Sequence record: SRR31156797_6890
Length of the DNA stretch: 29,361 nt
Strand: one strand, 5' to 3'
Shown here: positions 9,977 to 20,048 of the stretch, in pieces
How the letters are laid out: each line of letters opens with the position of its first letter
Position numbering within the stretch: position 1 is the first letter of the stretch
Translations under genes and position numbers: made by a program
Notes under the pieces: model-generated
Database searches by the model: none
What the model was told of the DNA's origin: nothing
What the model saw: the letters and a program-made list of their open reading frames with translations, nothing else

Positions 9977-10399
9977 ATGAAACGTTTGATGTTGGTGGGC
10001 CAGACTTTAAGCGGTAAGACAACCTTATTGCAAAAGTTACGCGGCTTACCTTTGCGTTATCAAAAAACTCAATCTCTTGAGTGTGAAGATGTCTCTATCG
10101 ATACACCGGGAGAATATCTGGAAAATCGCTGTTTCAACAGCGCACTTATTACAACATCTTATGATGCTGACATTATCGGTTTAGTTCATAGCGCGACCGC
10201 TATTCAGCAAATGTTTTCTCCACTGTTTTCAAGTGCATTTACAAAGCCTGTCATTGGTATCGTCACTAAAGCTGATGATCCCGATGCAAACATCAATGAA
10301 GCAATCACACATTTAACAAACGCGGGTGCTGATCCTATTTTCGTTACTTCTTCATTTAACGGTGACGGGATAAACGAACTGGTTGATTACCTCAACTAG
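9977..10399 (+). CDS. pduV: EutP/PduV family P-loop protein
   Basis: Motifs GQTLSGKTTL, YQKTQ, IDTPGEYLE and VTKAD. Confidence 0.95.
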   Translation: MKRLMLVGQTLSGKTTLLQKLRGLPLRYQKTQSLECEDVSIDTPGEYLENRCFNSALITTSYDADIIGLVHSATAIQQMFSPLFSSAFTKPVIGIVTKADDPDANINEAITHLTNAGADPIFVTSSFNGDGINELVDYLN

Positions 10400-10432
10400 T
10401 GAAAAAGCACCCGTTCATTAAGGACAAGGACA

Positions 10433-11614
10433 ATGCAGCAAAAGGTTATCGCCATAAACGCAGGCAGCTCTTCACTTAAGTTCCAGTTGTTTTCAATGCC
10501 TGACGAGCTATCACTATGCCAGGGCCTAGTTGAAAGGATCGGGTTGCATGATGCGATTTTTACTATGAAATTTAACGGCGAAAAGGTCAGTAAAACCACC
10601 AGTATTGCCGATCACCAGCAAGCCGTAGACATGCTACTGACAAGCTTGATTGAGTATCGTATTGTCAGCGACTTAAAAGAGATTCAGGGCGTGGGTCACC
10701 GAGTGGCACATGGCGGCGAATACTTCCCAGACAGTGCCATCATCAACGACGATTCAATTGCCAAAATCACGCATCTTAGCGACTTAGCGCCTCTACACAA
10801 TCCCGTCAACTTAACTGGTATTCACGCTTTTAAGCAAGCACTGCCAGATGCTAAAGCAGTAGCCGTATTTGATACTTCTTTCCATCAAACCATGGAAGCG
10901 CAAGATTACATCTACCCTATCCCTTACGAATACTACGAAAAATATCGTGTTCGTCGTTACGGTTTTCATGGCACCAGCCACAAATATGTCGCCAACCATT
11001 ACGCAGAGAGCATCGGAAAGCCAATATCCGATCTCAATATCATTACCTGTCATTTAGGTAACGGCTCGAGTATCTGTGCAATCAAAGGCGGACAATCCTT
11101 ACACACCTCTATGGGCTTTACCCCATTAGCCGGGGTAATGATGGGCACTCGTTGTGGTGATATCGACCCTTCCATATTGCCATTTTTGGCAGAGAAAGAA
11201 TCACTCACTGTTGCTCAACTTAACGAGATGATGAATAGCCGATCAGGCTTTCTGGGGGTTTCTGGACTTTCTCACGATTGTCGCGACATTCAACAAGCGT
11301 CTAAAACCAATGAGCAAGCCAAATTAGCTCTGGACATATTTGTTGAGCGGGTACGCGCATACATCGGTCAGTACTTGGTTAAGTTAGGTCGCGTTGACGC
11401 CATTTTATTTACTGGCGGCATCGGCGAAAACGCTATCGATATTCGGGAACGAGTCTGTTCTTCGTTAGAACCATTAGGAATTCATATAGATGTGGATAAA
11501 AGCCGCTCTAAATCAATGATTTTTTCATCACAAGAGAGTTCAATCACTTTAGCAGTAGTAGAAACAAACGAAGAGTTAATGATTGCTAAAGACGTCATGA
11601 GGGTATCACTATGA
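10433..11614 (+). CDS. pduW: Propionate/acetate kinase
   Basis: Motifs INAGSSSLKFQL, GHRVAHGG, LAPLHNP, RRYGFHGTSH, CHLGNGSS and TNEELMIA; position after pduV. Confidence 0.92.
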   Translation: MQQKVIAINAGSSSLKFQLFSMPDELSLCQGLVERIGLHDAIFTMKFNGEKVSKTTSIADHQQAVDMLLTSLIEYRIVSDLKEIQGVGHRVAHGGEYFPDSAIINDDSIAKITHLSDLAPLHNPVNLTGIHAFKQALPDAKAVAVFDTSFHQTMEAQDYIYPIPYEYYEKYRVRRYGFHGTSHKYVANHYAESIGKPISDLNIITCHLGNGSSICAIKGGQSLHTSMGFTPLAGVMMGTRCGDIDPSILPFLAEKESLTVAQLNEMMNSRSGFLGVSGLSHDCRDIQQASKTNEQAKLALDIFVERVRAYIGQYLVKLGRVDAILFTGGIGENAIDIRERVCSSLEPLGIHIDVDKSRSKSMIFSSQESSITLAVVETNEELMIAKDVMRVSL

Positions 11615-12396
11615 AAGGCAAAGTTTGGTTAGTAGGTGCAGGTCCGGGAGACCCAACACTGTTAACGGTTAAAGCACTGTATTGCATCCGAGAGGCTGAC
11701 GTTATTGTCTATGACAGACTGGTCAGTGACGAAATTCTTCAACAAGCGCCTAAGCAGTGTCAGATGGTAAACGTGGGTAAGTTACCGAATTTTCACCCTA
11801 TTCCTCAAGATGACATCAATGAAACCTTAGTCAATTTCGCCCAACAAGGCTACAATGTCGTGCGCTTGAAAGGCGGCGACCCGTATGTATTCGGTCGTGG
11901 CGGTGAAGAAGCGGACGCTTTGGTTGAACACAACATCGAATTTGAAGTGGTTCCGGGGATCACCTCCGCCATTGGCGGTTTAGCTTACGCGGGTATTCCT
12001 GTGACTCACAGAGACCACGCTTCGTCTTTTCATGTCGTGACTGGACATCTAAAACAAGGCAAAGACCCACTAGATTGGTCATTGTATTCTAAACTTGATG
12101 GAACACTTGTTATTTTGATGGGGATGAGCCAAATCGAAAATATCTGCCAACAGCTGGTTGATGGTGGTAAAGCCAACGACACGCCAGCCGCGGTTGTTCG
12201 CTACGCAAGCCGCGATAATCAACAAGTCGTCACTGGCACAGTTTCAGATATTGCTCAGCGTGTAAAAGACAGTGGTATCACCTCTCCGGCATTAATAGTA
12301 ATTGGAGGTGTAGCCGAAAAACACGAGACGCTTTCGTTTAAAGCGACATTTCGTCAAATTAGTGAATTAGCAGAGTTACAACTAGATTTAGCATAG
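11611..12396 (+). CDS. cobA: Uroporphyrinogen-III C-methyltransferase (SUMT)
   Basis: Motifs VWLVGAGPGDP, RLKGGDPYVFGRGGEE and VPGITSA. ATGA overlap with pduW. Confidence 0.95.
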   Translation: MKGKVWLVGAGPGDPTLLTVKALYCIREADVIVYDRLVSDEILQQAPKQCQMVNVGKLPNFHPIPQDDINETLVNFAQQGYNVVRLKGGDPYVFGRGGEEADALVEHNIEFEVVPGITSAIGGLAYAGIPVTHRDHASSFHVVTGHLKQGKDPLDWSLYSKLDGTLVILMGMSQIENICQQLVDGGKANDTPAAVVRYASRDNQQVVTGTVSDIAQRVKDSGITSPALIVIGGVAEKHETLSFKATFRQISELAELQLDLA

Positions 12397-12406
12397 AGTA
12401 AGAGAT

Positions 12407-13486
12407 ATGGCGATAAGTGGACAACACGGTGGTAATGTCCTGCAAATGGCAAATCAATTTGGACTCGCTCCTAATGAAGTAATTGATTTTAGTGCCAATA
12501 TTAATCCGTTGGGCATGCCCGGCGGATTGAAACATCTGTTTATTGAAAACTTATCTAAGTTAGAACAGTACCCAGATATTGATTACCACGTGCTCCATCG
12601 TCAATTAGCCAGACATCACCGCTGTTCTCAAAGCCACGTTGTGGCTGGAAACGGGGCAACAGAGTTGATTTTTCTGTGGGCTCAATACGTAAAGCCTAAA
12701 AAAGCGCTATTGGTTGAGCCCAGCTTTGCTGAGTATCGCCGCGCTCTGACTCGCGTTGGGTGTAAAATAACAAACTACTTACTTAAAGAAGACGAAGAGT
12801 TTCGTGTCACAAAGCGTATTCTAACCGCTTTATCTCCCGATCTAGATTGCCTATTCCTGTGCACTCCGAACAACCCTACCGGACTGCAGCCCGATGCTGA
12901 CTTACTGTTTGAAATTCTCTACCGTTGCGATGTTATGGGTATTAAACTTTTCGTAGATGAGTCTTTTCTCGACTTCATGCCAAAAACGAAGAGTTTCAGC
13001 CGTTATTTAAAGTCTCACAAGAATCTCTATGTTTTACGCTCATTGACCAAGTTCTATGCTCTACCAGGACTGCGTTTGGGGTACATGCTCTCATCTGACG
13101 ATGAACTGTTGCAGCAAATCAGAGATAAGCGTGAGCCTTGGACAATAAACGCATTGGCGGCATTAGCGGGTGAAGTGCTGTTCGATTTTATTACCTACCA
13201 CCAAGAAACATTTGAGTGGCTAGAGAAAGAGCGTCATTATCTATTGACCCAACTGAACCAGTTTAGTCAAATCAAGGTTTACCCTCCTTCGGCAAATTAT
13301 ATTTTCTTCAAGCATTTAGAAGAGAACTCTGATTTACAGCGTCATTTGATGAAACATGGGATACTAATTCGTAGCTGTGCCAACTACACAGGCCTGACTC
13401 AACAATTCTACCGAGTCGCCATCAAATCTCATCAAGATAACCAGCAACTGATTGCAGCACTTAGTCAGGTACTCAATCATGGCTGA
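12407..13486 (+). CDS. cobD: L-threonine-O-3-phosphate decarboxylase
   Basis: Motifs HGGN, IDFSANINPLG, GNGATELI, PNNPTG and RSLTKFYALPGLRLGY (PLP lysine). Confidence 0.93.
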   Translation: MAISGQHGGNVLQMANQFGLAPNEVIDFSANINPLGMPGGLKHLFIENLSKLEQYPDIDYHVLHRQLARHHRCSQSHVVAGNGATELIFLWAQYVKPKKALLVEPSFAEYRRALTRVGCKITNYLLKEDEEFRVTKRILTALSPDLDCLFLCTPNNPTGLQPDADLLFEILYRCDVMGIKLFVDESFLDFMPKTKSFSRYLKSHKNLYVLRSLTKFYALPGLRLGYMLSSDDELLQQIRDKREPWTINALAALAGEVLFDFITYHQETFEWLEKERHYLLTQLNQFSQIKVYPPSANYIFFKHLEENSDLQRHLMKHGILIRSCANYTGLTQQFYRVAIKSHQDNQQLIAALSQVLNHG

Positions 13487-14342
13487 AGCCAGTTGCCCGG
13501 CTTCGTGCGGGGAGCTTATTCAAGGCTGGATAAATGGTGGCGAAAAGCTGGTTTCCTGCCCTATCGATTGGTTTAGTACCGTTGAGGTTACTAACGGTAG
13601 TGCAAACTTAAGCCGTGAACGGCCAATGATGCGCAAGGCTTTAGAGTTATCTCTGAAATACCTTGATGTACCGGATGTTGAATCAACCCAGCTAAAAATC
13701 GATTTTAGTTCAACAATTCCGGTGGCTAAAGGAATGGCGAGTAGCACCGCAGATATCGCTGCGACGATTGCCGCGACTTATCGTCATTTTAATGTTGAGT
13801 ACAGTGATCAACTTATTGCCTCACTGTGCGCACAACTTGAACCGACAGACAGCACTATGTTCAACTCACTGACACTGTTCGACCATAACCAAGGTGTCGT
13901 CTCTTCCCATTATGGTGAAATGGCTGCGATTGATATGTTGGTATTAGAGAGTGATGTAGAGCTAGAAACCAAAGTGTTTCACCAAGTTGATCATCGAAGT
14001 ACACTGCTTGGTTCATCGATAGCATTGGATATGGCCAATAGCCATTTGGCCAGCGCGATTAAATCTAATTGTCCTGCTAAAATGGGCGAAGCATCCACGG
14101 CGAGCGCGATTGAAAGCCAAATAATTTTACCAAAACCTCACTTTTCACAACTGTTGGATATTGTCGCCAGTCACCAACTTTATGGTCTTAACGTCGCCCA
14201 CAGCGGCAGTGTGATAGGTTTGATGTTTGATGCGCGCCAACATGATATCGAGCATGTGGTCTTCGACATGGAACAGCAAGGTATTCGTTCTTCCTATCCG
14301 CATTTTCACCTTCACAAAATGATTTCAGGCGGAATTCGTTAA
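13479..14342 (+). CDS. pduX: L-threonine kinase (GHMP family)
   Basis: MAEASCPASCGELIQG, IPVAKGMASSTADI, EPTDS and VAHSGSVIG. ATG 13479 overlaps the cobD end. Confidence 0.95.
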   Translation: MAEASCPASCGELIQGWINGGEKLVSCPIDWFSTVEVTNGSANLSRERPMMRKALELSLKYLDVPDVESTQLKIDFSSTIPVAKGMASSTADIAATIAATYRHFNVEYSDQLIASLCAQLEPTDSTMFNSLTLFDHNQGVVSSHYGEMAAIDMLVLESDVELETKVFHQVDHRSTLLGSSIALDMANSHLASAIKSNCPAKMGEASTASAIESQIILPKPHFSQLLDIVASHQLYGLNVAHSGSVIGLMFDARQHDIEHVVFDMEQQGIRSSYPHFHLHKMISGGIR

Positions 14343-14436
14343 ACATACTGAGCATTTAAAGACTGTTAAAAAAATGCTATAAATTTCACTTACTACAAAC
14401 ATATTCACGGTTAAAACGAACCTAACGAATGAATGT

Positions 14437-16395
14437 ATGAATCATAGTGAACCGCTTCCTCTTGTTATTGCTGGCCCGATATTGCGCAAGGTTGATACAA
14501 CCTCATTGACCGTCTGGTTGGTGACGACGCGTACTGTCGATATCAAGCTTAACCTGTTTCCAAACCAAGGAGACAACCAAAGTTATGAACTGCTGGCAAA
14601 CAGTGAACAACACCTTTGCTTGCAAGCTTCGGCCAATTTGTACTATCAGATGGTGCACTTAGACCTTGAAGCTTCACTGCCCTATGACTGCAGTATCGAG
14701 TATGAACTCAAATTGCGCGAGGGAAACGCCCAGCAAGAAAACTGGCTAGACATTACGCAGCTTCTGCCACACCTTTGTTACCCACAGCAAGAGAGACTTC
14801 AATTTCGCATACCTTCGCGTGTCAGCACACTGCTGCATGGCTCTTGCCGTAAGCCCCATCATTTAGGACCCGATGGATTAGTACTCGCAGACAATCATCT
14901 AGAACAGCTACTAAGCCAGCAGCCATCAGAGAACAAGTGGCCCTCTATGTTGATGTTATCCGGAGATCAAATCTACGCGGATGATGTTGCAGGCCCGATG
15001 TTGCATGGTATACATCAAATACTCGATAAACTCTCTCTTCCAAGTGAAGAATGGGGGATTTCATCGGTGGATAAAACCGTTATAACCAGTGATGAGCTGT
15101 ACCATCACCCGCGTAGTTACTATGAACGAAGCCAACTGTTGCCCTACACAGAAGAAAACAATAGCCTCGTCAGTGTTCTGTTTGGCGGCGCGCGCAAACC
15201 GATTTTTACCAGTACAGATGCGGATAATCATCTAATAACACTGGGTGAATACTTAGCTTGTTATCTTCTGTCATGGTCTCCCGTTCCTTGGCAACTCGTC
15301 AGCATGGAGCCGCCATCACACTTCACTACCGAGAAAAAACAACGCTACCAACGAGAGAGTGAGAGTATTGAGCAGTTTGTTGCCGGATTACATCATGTTC
15401 AAAGAGTCATGGCCCATTTGCCTGTCGCTATGATTATGGACGACCACGATATTACCGATGATTTTAATCTACATCGTCACTGGGAAGAGACCGTCTATAG
15501 CCACCCTCTTTCTAAGCGCATGGTGGGCAATGGTATGCTTGCCTACTTAATTAATCAGGCGTGGGGAAACAATCCGAAAAACTATAATCAAGAATTGATC
15601 GAGCGGGTAAAAGCTTGCTTAAATAAGCCAAGCACCAATGAGTACGATACTCTTTTGGATAAACTCACCCAGCTTGAAGCCTGGGATTATGATTGGGACA
15701 CGTCCCCGCCACTCATTGTACTCGACACTCGAACAAGACGATGGCGCAGTGAACGTTCGCCGACTCAACCATCCGGTTTGCTTGATTGGGAAGCCCTTAC
15801 AGAGTTGCAGAGCCGTTTAAGCGGACACTCTTCGGTGTTGCTGGTCTCTGCTGCGCCGATTTTTGGCGTAAAATTTATCGAAGTCATACAGCGCATAGTG
15901 ACCTTCTTTGGCCACCCGCTGGCTGTCGATGCCGAGTATTGGATGGCTCACCCGGGAACGGCTTACGGAATACTCAATGTTTTCCGGCACCGAAAAACAC
16001 CACACAACTTCGTTGTTCTTAGTGGCGACGTTCATTATTCATTTGTTTATGATGTTGAACTTCGAGGATTAAAGAATAGCCCGCATATCTGGCAAATTTG
16101 TAGCAGTGGTTTACGTAACTCTTTTCCAGAGCCTTTATTAAACACCCTTGATAAAATCAACCGTTGGCTTTACTCACCGAAATCGCCTCTCAATTGGTTT
16201 ACAAGCCGTCGTAAAATGCGCATAACGCCAAGAAAACCACTCGGAGCGCCTGCGGGTCGACGCTTGCTCAATCACGCTGGTATTGGCTTAGTTGAATTAG
16301 ATGAACAAGGTCGACCTACCAAAATCTGTCAGTTGGTTGGTCCAAACAAGTCTGTAGAATTTGAAAAACGCCAAAAAGAATCCGTCTGGCATTAA
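14437..16395 (+). CDS. Alkaline phosphatase D (PhoD)-family metallophosphoesterase, no obvious Tat signal
   Basis: Motifs GSCRKPH, GDQIYADDV, DDHDITDD, LDTRTRR and LSGDVHYS. Confidence 0.88.
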   Translation: MNHSEPLPLVIAGPILRKVDTTSLTVWLVTTRTVDIKLNLFPNQGDNQSYELLANSEQHLCLQASANLYYQMVHLDLEASLPYDCSIEYELKLREGNAQQENWLDITQLLPHLCYPQQERLQFRIPSRVSTLLHGSCRKPHHLGPDGLVLADNHLEQLLSQQPSENKWPSMLMLSGDQIYADDVAGPMLHGIHQILDKLSLPSEEWGISSVDKTVITSDELYHHPRSYYERSQLLPYTEENNSLVSVLFGGARKPIFTSTDADNHLITLGEYLACYLLSWSPVPWQLVSMEPPSHFTTEKKQRYQRESESIEQFVAGLHHVQRVMAHLPVAMIMDDHDITDDFNLHRHWEETVYSHPLSKRMVGNGMLAYLINQAWGNNPKNYNQELIERVKACLNKPSTNEYDTLLDKLTQLEAWDYDWDTSPPLIVLDTRTRRWRSERSPTQPSGLLDWEALTELQSRLSGHSSVLLVSAAPIFGVKFIEVIQRIVTFFGHPLAVDAEYWMAHPGTAYGILNVFRHRKTPHNFVVLSGDVHYSFVYDVELRGLKNSPHIWQICSSGLRNSFPEPLLNTLDKINRWLYSPKSPLNWFTSRRKMRITPRKPLGAPAGRRLLNHAGIGLVELDEQGRPTKICQLVGPNKSVEFEKRQKESVWH

Positions 16396-16397
16396 TT

Positions 16398-16628
16398 TCA
16401 GCGATTAACTTTCAGAACAAATTGGCGATAGGCCTTCAAGGCGATGACAAAGATGGGACTTGAATGCATAAAGAGATCAAATATATCAATAGGTTTGGTT
16501 AAAACGCCTTGGCTAAGCATACGAATTTTTTCAAACAGGTGTGGTTCAGGAAAAAACGGAGCAAACATTAAAAGTCCCCCACCAATCAGTAAGATTGACC
16601 ATTCAAAATTGTCTAACCACGACATCAT
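16398..16628 (-). CDS. Small two-helix membrane protein of unknown function
   Basis: 76 aa with hydrophobic segments and APFFPEPHLFEK...PIDIFDL. RBS-like GAGGG upstream. Confidence 0.75.
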   Translation of the reverse strand: MMSWLDNFEWSILLIGGGLLMFAPFFPEPHLFEKIRMLSQGVLTKPIDIFDLFMHSSPIFVIALKAYRQFVLKVNR

Positions 16629-16776
16629 TTATTCAGCGCCCTCTTGTTTGTTAACTATCAGTACATTAGCAATAGTTAAATTAAAAAGAACCACTGATAT
16701 AATGACTTGGAAACAACGTCAAACTTCATAGGTTAAACATACCTAAGTTGGGATCTAAAACGCGTAAAGCTCAAAT

Positions 16777-16790
16777 ATCGAACGTTCGAT
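16777..16790. promoter_or_regulatory. Perfect 14-bp palindrome ATCGAACGTTCGAT, possible LacI-family operator
   Basis: Exact palindrome with an AACGTT centre in an intergenic region. Confidence 0.4.
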
Positions 16791-16866
16791 TACAAATTTT
16801 TCATCGAATTTACGTACCTAACAGATTGTTTTAACGTTCATTTATTGTTGCAGAGTATGACATGCA

Positions 16867-16897
16867 GAAACAGGGCCTCTGTACCTAGCCCTGTTTC
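16867..16897. terminator. Stem-loop downstream of galK
   Basis: 10-bp inverted repeat GAAACAGGGC/GCCCTGTTTC about 30 bp after the galK stop; weak U-tract. Confidence 0.55.
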
Positions 16898-16926
16898 CTA
16901 ATACAAAATAAAATCAACGAATATCG

Positions 16927-18078
16927 CTACACCGCCCCCGCACCATCTTTAGCCTGACAAACATAAATGGATGCTTTTAATCCGGTCGCCGGTAGGTATT
17001 TCGCTTCAACCGCTGCTTTCACGTCATCCACTAACTCGGGTGGAACAAGTGCAACAATGCAACCGCCAAAGCCACCGCCCGTCATACGCACCCCACCTTG
17101 TTCGCCAATGACTTGTTTGACGATATCAACCAGAGCGTCCACTTCTTTCACCGTGATTTCAAAATCATCACGCATTGAAGCATGAGATTCAGCCATTAAC
17201 TGGCCCATTCGCTTCATATCTTTAGCACGCAAAGCATTAGCGGCTTCAACTGTACGATCATTTTCCGTGATAACATGACGCGCGCGTTTAGCAACAACTT
17301 CATCCAGCTCATCGATTCCCTGTTCAAACTGTTCAATCGTCACATCACGCAGGGCTTTTACACCGAATACACGGGCGGCTTGTTCACACTGCTGGCGACG
17401 AGTATTGTATTCGCTGTCAACTAAACCCCGTTTTTTATTGGAGTTGATGATAACGACGGCCATATCTTCAGGCATCGATACAGCTTGAGTTTCGAGGCTT
17501 CGGCAATCCAGCAACATCGCATGATTCTTACGGCCTTGTGCCGAAATCATTTGATCCATGATGCCGCAATTACAACCCACAAACTCATTTTCCGCCTGCT
17601 GACCGTTTAGCGCGATTTCTGCCTGAGAAATATCCAGATTAAACAGAGTCTTAAAAGTTTGACCGATCACGACTTCAAGTGCTGCAGAAGAGCTTAGCCC
17701 CGCTCCTTGAGGAACATTACCACTGACGCAAATATCAGCACCGCTGAACTGATAACCACGTGCCAGCAGACACTTGACGACACCGCGAACATAGTTAGCC
17801 CACATTTTGTCCTGCTGGAAGGTGATATCTTGCGTTAAATCGAACTCATCGACTTCATTACCATAATCAATAGAAACGACACGAACACGTTGATCATCAC
17901 GTTTTGACGCCGCGACAACCGTTTGGTAGTTGATTGCACAGGGTAAAACAAAACCATCGTTGTAATCGGTATGCTCACCGATCAGATTAACTCGGCCAGG
18001 CGCTTGAATAACGTGGCTTGCTTCATAACCCAGCACCTGTAGAAATGCTGCTTTAACGTTTTTAACTAAATCAGACAT
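16927..18078 (-). CDS. galK: Galactokinase
   Basis: Motifs [31 protein letters not shown] and RMTGGGFGG. The start is probably MSDLVKNV (18078). Confidence 0.98.
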   Translation of the reverse strand: MSDLVKNVKAAFLQVLGYEASHVIQAPGRVNLIGEHTDYNDGFVLPCAINYQTVVAASKRDDQRVRVVSIDYGNEVDEFDLTQDITFQQDKMWANYVRGVVKCLLARGYQFSGADICVSGNVPQGAGLSSSAALEVVIGQTFKTLFNLDISQAEIALNGQQAENEFVGCNCGIMDQMISAQGRKNHAMLLDCRSLETQAVSMPEDMAVVIINSNKKRGLVDSEYNTRRQQCEQAARVFGVKALRDVTIEQFEQGIDELDEVVAKRARHVITENDRTVEAANALRAKDMKRMGQLMAESHASMRDDFEITVKEVDALVDIVKQVIGEQGGVRMTGGGFGGCIVALVPPELVDDVKAAVEAKYLPATGLKASIYVCQAKDGAGAV

Positions 18079-18140
18079 AAGGTCTCTCACTTTATTTTTG
18101 GTCATTCTAGAAGCGATAACTGCCTCCAGAAATGGATCTG

Positions 18141-19193
18141 TTACTGTTGTTTGTAATGAATATCGCTGAGCTCACGGAGTCTTTGTGCAGCTTGCTCTGC
18201 CGTTAAATCACGCTGACTTTCTGCCAACATTTCATAACCAACCATAAACTTGCGCACGGTTGCACTGCGTAATAGAGGTGGATAAAACAGCGCATGAAGC
18301 TGCCAATGTTCAATCTCAGTACCCTGCTCGAAAAACGGTGCGTAATGCCAACCCATTGAGTAAGGGAAAGAACATTGGAACAAATTATCGTAGCGACTGG
18401 TGAGCTTCTTGATAGCTAACGCTAAATCATCGCGTTGTTCATCATTGAGTTCGCTCATACGGCGTATGTGAGTTTTAGGAAGCAGCATAGTTTCAAATGG
18501 CCAAGCAGCCCAATAGGGAACCAACGCAACCCAATGTTCCGTTTCCACCACAACACGAGTACCGTCTTTTAGTTCAGCTTGAACATAATCCACCAGCAAG
18601 TTACTACCGTTCTCCTGGTAATAGTTTTTTAAATGATGATCTTTACGTTCGATTTCATTGGGTAAGAAGCTATTGGCCCAAATCTGTCCATGCGGATGTG
18701 GCTGAGAACATCCCATCGCAGCACCTTTGTTTTCAAATGCCTGTACCCAAACGAACTCTTTGCCAAGTTGTTCAATTTGCTCATTCCAGGTATCAATAAC
18801 TCCACGGATCGTATTTAGCGGAAGTTCAGGCAATGTCTTACTGTGGTCAGGCGAAAAACAGATCACACGGCTCAAACCACGAGCTCCCATTGTTTTAAAT
18901 AGTGGATTATCGGATTGCGGTGCATCCGGAGTGTCCACCATCAAAGCCGCAAAATCGTTCTCAAATACGTAGGTTCCCTGATAGCTAGGATTGACATCGC
19001 CCGAGACTCGCGTGTTTGTCGGACAAAGAAAACAGGTTTCATCATACTTGGGCAGTCGTTCCGTCGCCGGTTTTTCATCCGCTCCACTCCATGGACGTTT
19101 AGCACGATGGGGAGAAACCAGAACCCACTGCCCAGTTAATGGGTTATAACGGCGATGTGGATGGTCCACAGGGTTAAATTCAGCATTTGTCAT
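18141..19193 (-). CDS. galT: UDP-glucose--hexose-1-phosphate uridylyltransferase
   Basis: [23 protein letters not shown] and the active-site [18 protein letters not shown]. Confidence 0.98.
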   Translation of the reverse strand: MTNAEFNPVDHPHRRYNPLTGQWVLVSPHRAKRPWSGADEKPATERLPKYDETCFLCPTNTRVSGDVNPSYQGTYVFENDFAALMVDTPDAPQSDNPLFKTMGARGLSRVICFSPDHSKTLPELPLNTIRGVIDTWNEQIEQLGKEFVWVQAFENKGAAMGCSQPHPHGQIWANSFLPNEIERKDHHLKNYYQENGSNLLVDYVQAELKDGTRVVVETEHWVALVPYWAAWPFETMLLPKTHIRRMSELNDEQRDDLALAIKKLTSRYDNLFQCSFPYSMGWHYAPFFEQGTEIEHWQLHALFYPPLLRSATVRKFMVGYEMLAESQRDLTAEQAAQRLRELSDIHYKQQ

Positions 19194-19225
19194 GTTCGCA
19201 ACTCAGCTCAGTTAGTCTGAAGCGA

Positions 19226-19269
19226 AGTTTAGCAATAAATCTTAGCTATAATCCGTGATCCAACGCAAT
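19226..19269 (-). promoter_or_regulatory. Putative galT promoter: extended -10 (TGCTAAACT) and CRP-like site
   Basis: Minus-strand TGn-TAAACT at 19234-19226. ATTGC-N6-TCACG at 19269-19254 is centred about 42 bp upstream of the inferred start (class II geometry). Confidence 0.55.
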
Positions 19270-19271
19270 TT

Positions 19272-19287
19272 GTGTAAACGTTACCAC
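19272..19287. promoter_or_regulatory. GalR operator 1
   Basis: GTGTAAACGTTACCAC closely resembles the E. coli gal operator GTGTAAACGATTCCAC and lies upstream of galT. Confidence 0.85.
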
Positions 19288-19379
19288 AATAATTCATCCA
19301 TATTAAAAGCTAATAAACACGTTCATCAACCTAAAAGTTCGGATTTGGTGACTTACCATCGTTTCAAGATACAGAAGTA

Positions 19380-19395
19380 ATGAATACGTTTACAC
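19380..19395. promoter_or_regulatory. GalR operator 2 (putative)
   Basis: Reverse complement is GTGTAAACGTATTCAT; 108 bp from operator 1. Confidence 0.65.
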
Positions 19396-19464
19396 TGTGT
19401 ATGGGGAGGGGTTAATATAGATAATTGTTGGACTGAGTGAAGCAACATAAAGATTAAACTTACG

Positions 19465-20004
19465 CTAACGTACCAAATCTAAAATGAATTTAAATTCCGG
19501 TTCACGACAATCTCGAATCAATTCATATAAACACATTTCTACGCTGGTGATTTGGATACCATGCTCTTTCATTCGATCAATACCGATTTTCAGGTTACGT
19601 TTGTCGCGAGAAGAGACGGCATCACTCACCAGCTCGACGTGATAGCCAAGCTCTGCTAATCCTCTGGTCGTTTGATAAACACAGATGTGAGCTTCGATAC
19701 CACAAACCAACCAATTGTTTAGATTCTCGGCACTTAACGCCTCAATAAACTGCGCACAGTCGCAACCATTAAAAGTAAACTTAGCGATAGCGGGAGCATC
19801 TTCTAACAGCTCTTTAAGTTCTGGCACTGTTGTTCCTAATCGTTCAGGGTTTTGTTCGAGTAAAACAATGGGTAAACCGAGTGCCTTAACGCCCTGAATC
19901 AGCTTCGAACAACTGGCTACCAAAGCTTCGCTATCATTAACCAAACGTGCAAGTTTGCCTTGAATGTCAACAACAATTAGCCCAGTGCTATCTCTATCTA
20001 ACAT
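19465..20004 (-). CDS. Isochorismatase-family cysteine hydrolase
   Basis: Motifs LIVVDIQGKL, EQNPERLGTT, GIEAHICVYQT and DAVSSR. Confidence 0.92.
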   Translation of the reverse strand: MLDRDSTGLIVVDIQGKLARLVNDSEALVASCSKLIQGVKALGLPIVLLEQNPERLGTTVPELKELLEDAPAIAKFTFNGCDCAQFIEALSAENLNNWLVCGIEAHICVYQTTRGLAELGYHVELVSDAVSSRDKRNLKIGIDRMKEHGIQITSVEMCLYELIRDCREPEFKFILDLVR

Positions 20005-20048
20005 ATCTCCTTCCCTGTCTCATTTCCTATCACGCGATTGATTGATCG

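Noticed and set aside
74..13747. Many short antisense or alternate-frame ORFs over the pdu/cob genes (e.g. 2164-2712, 2902-3309, 6728-7117)
   Set aside because: They are shadows of well-supported genes and show no recognisable motifs.
16444..16731. 95-aa + strand ORF, and 25139-25363, 25658-25894, 26130-26393
   Set aside because: Each is antisense to a better-supported gene.
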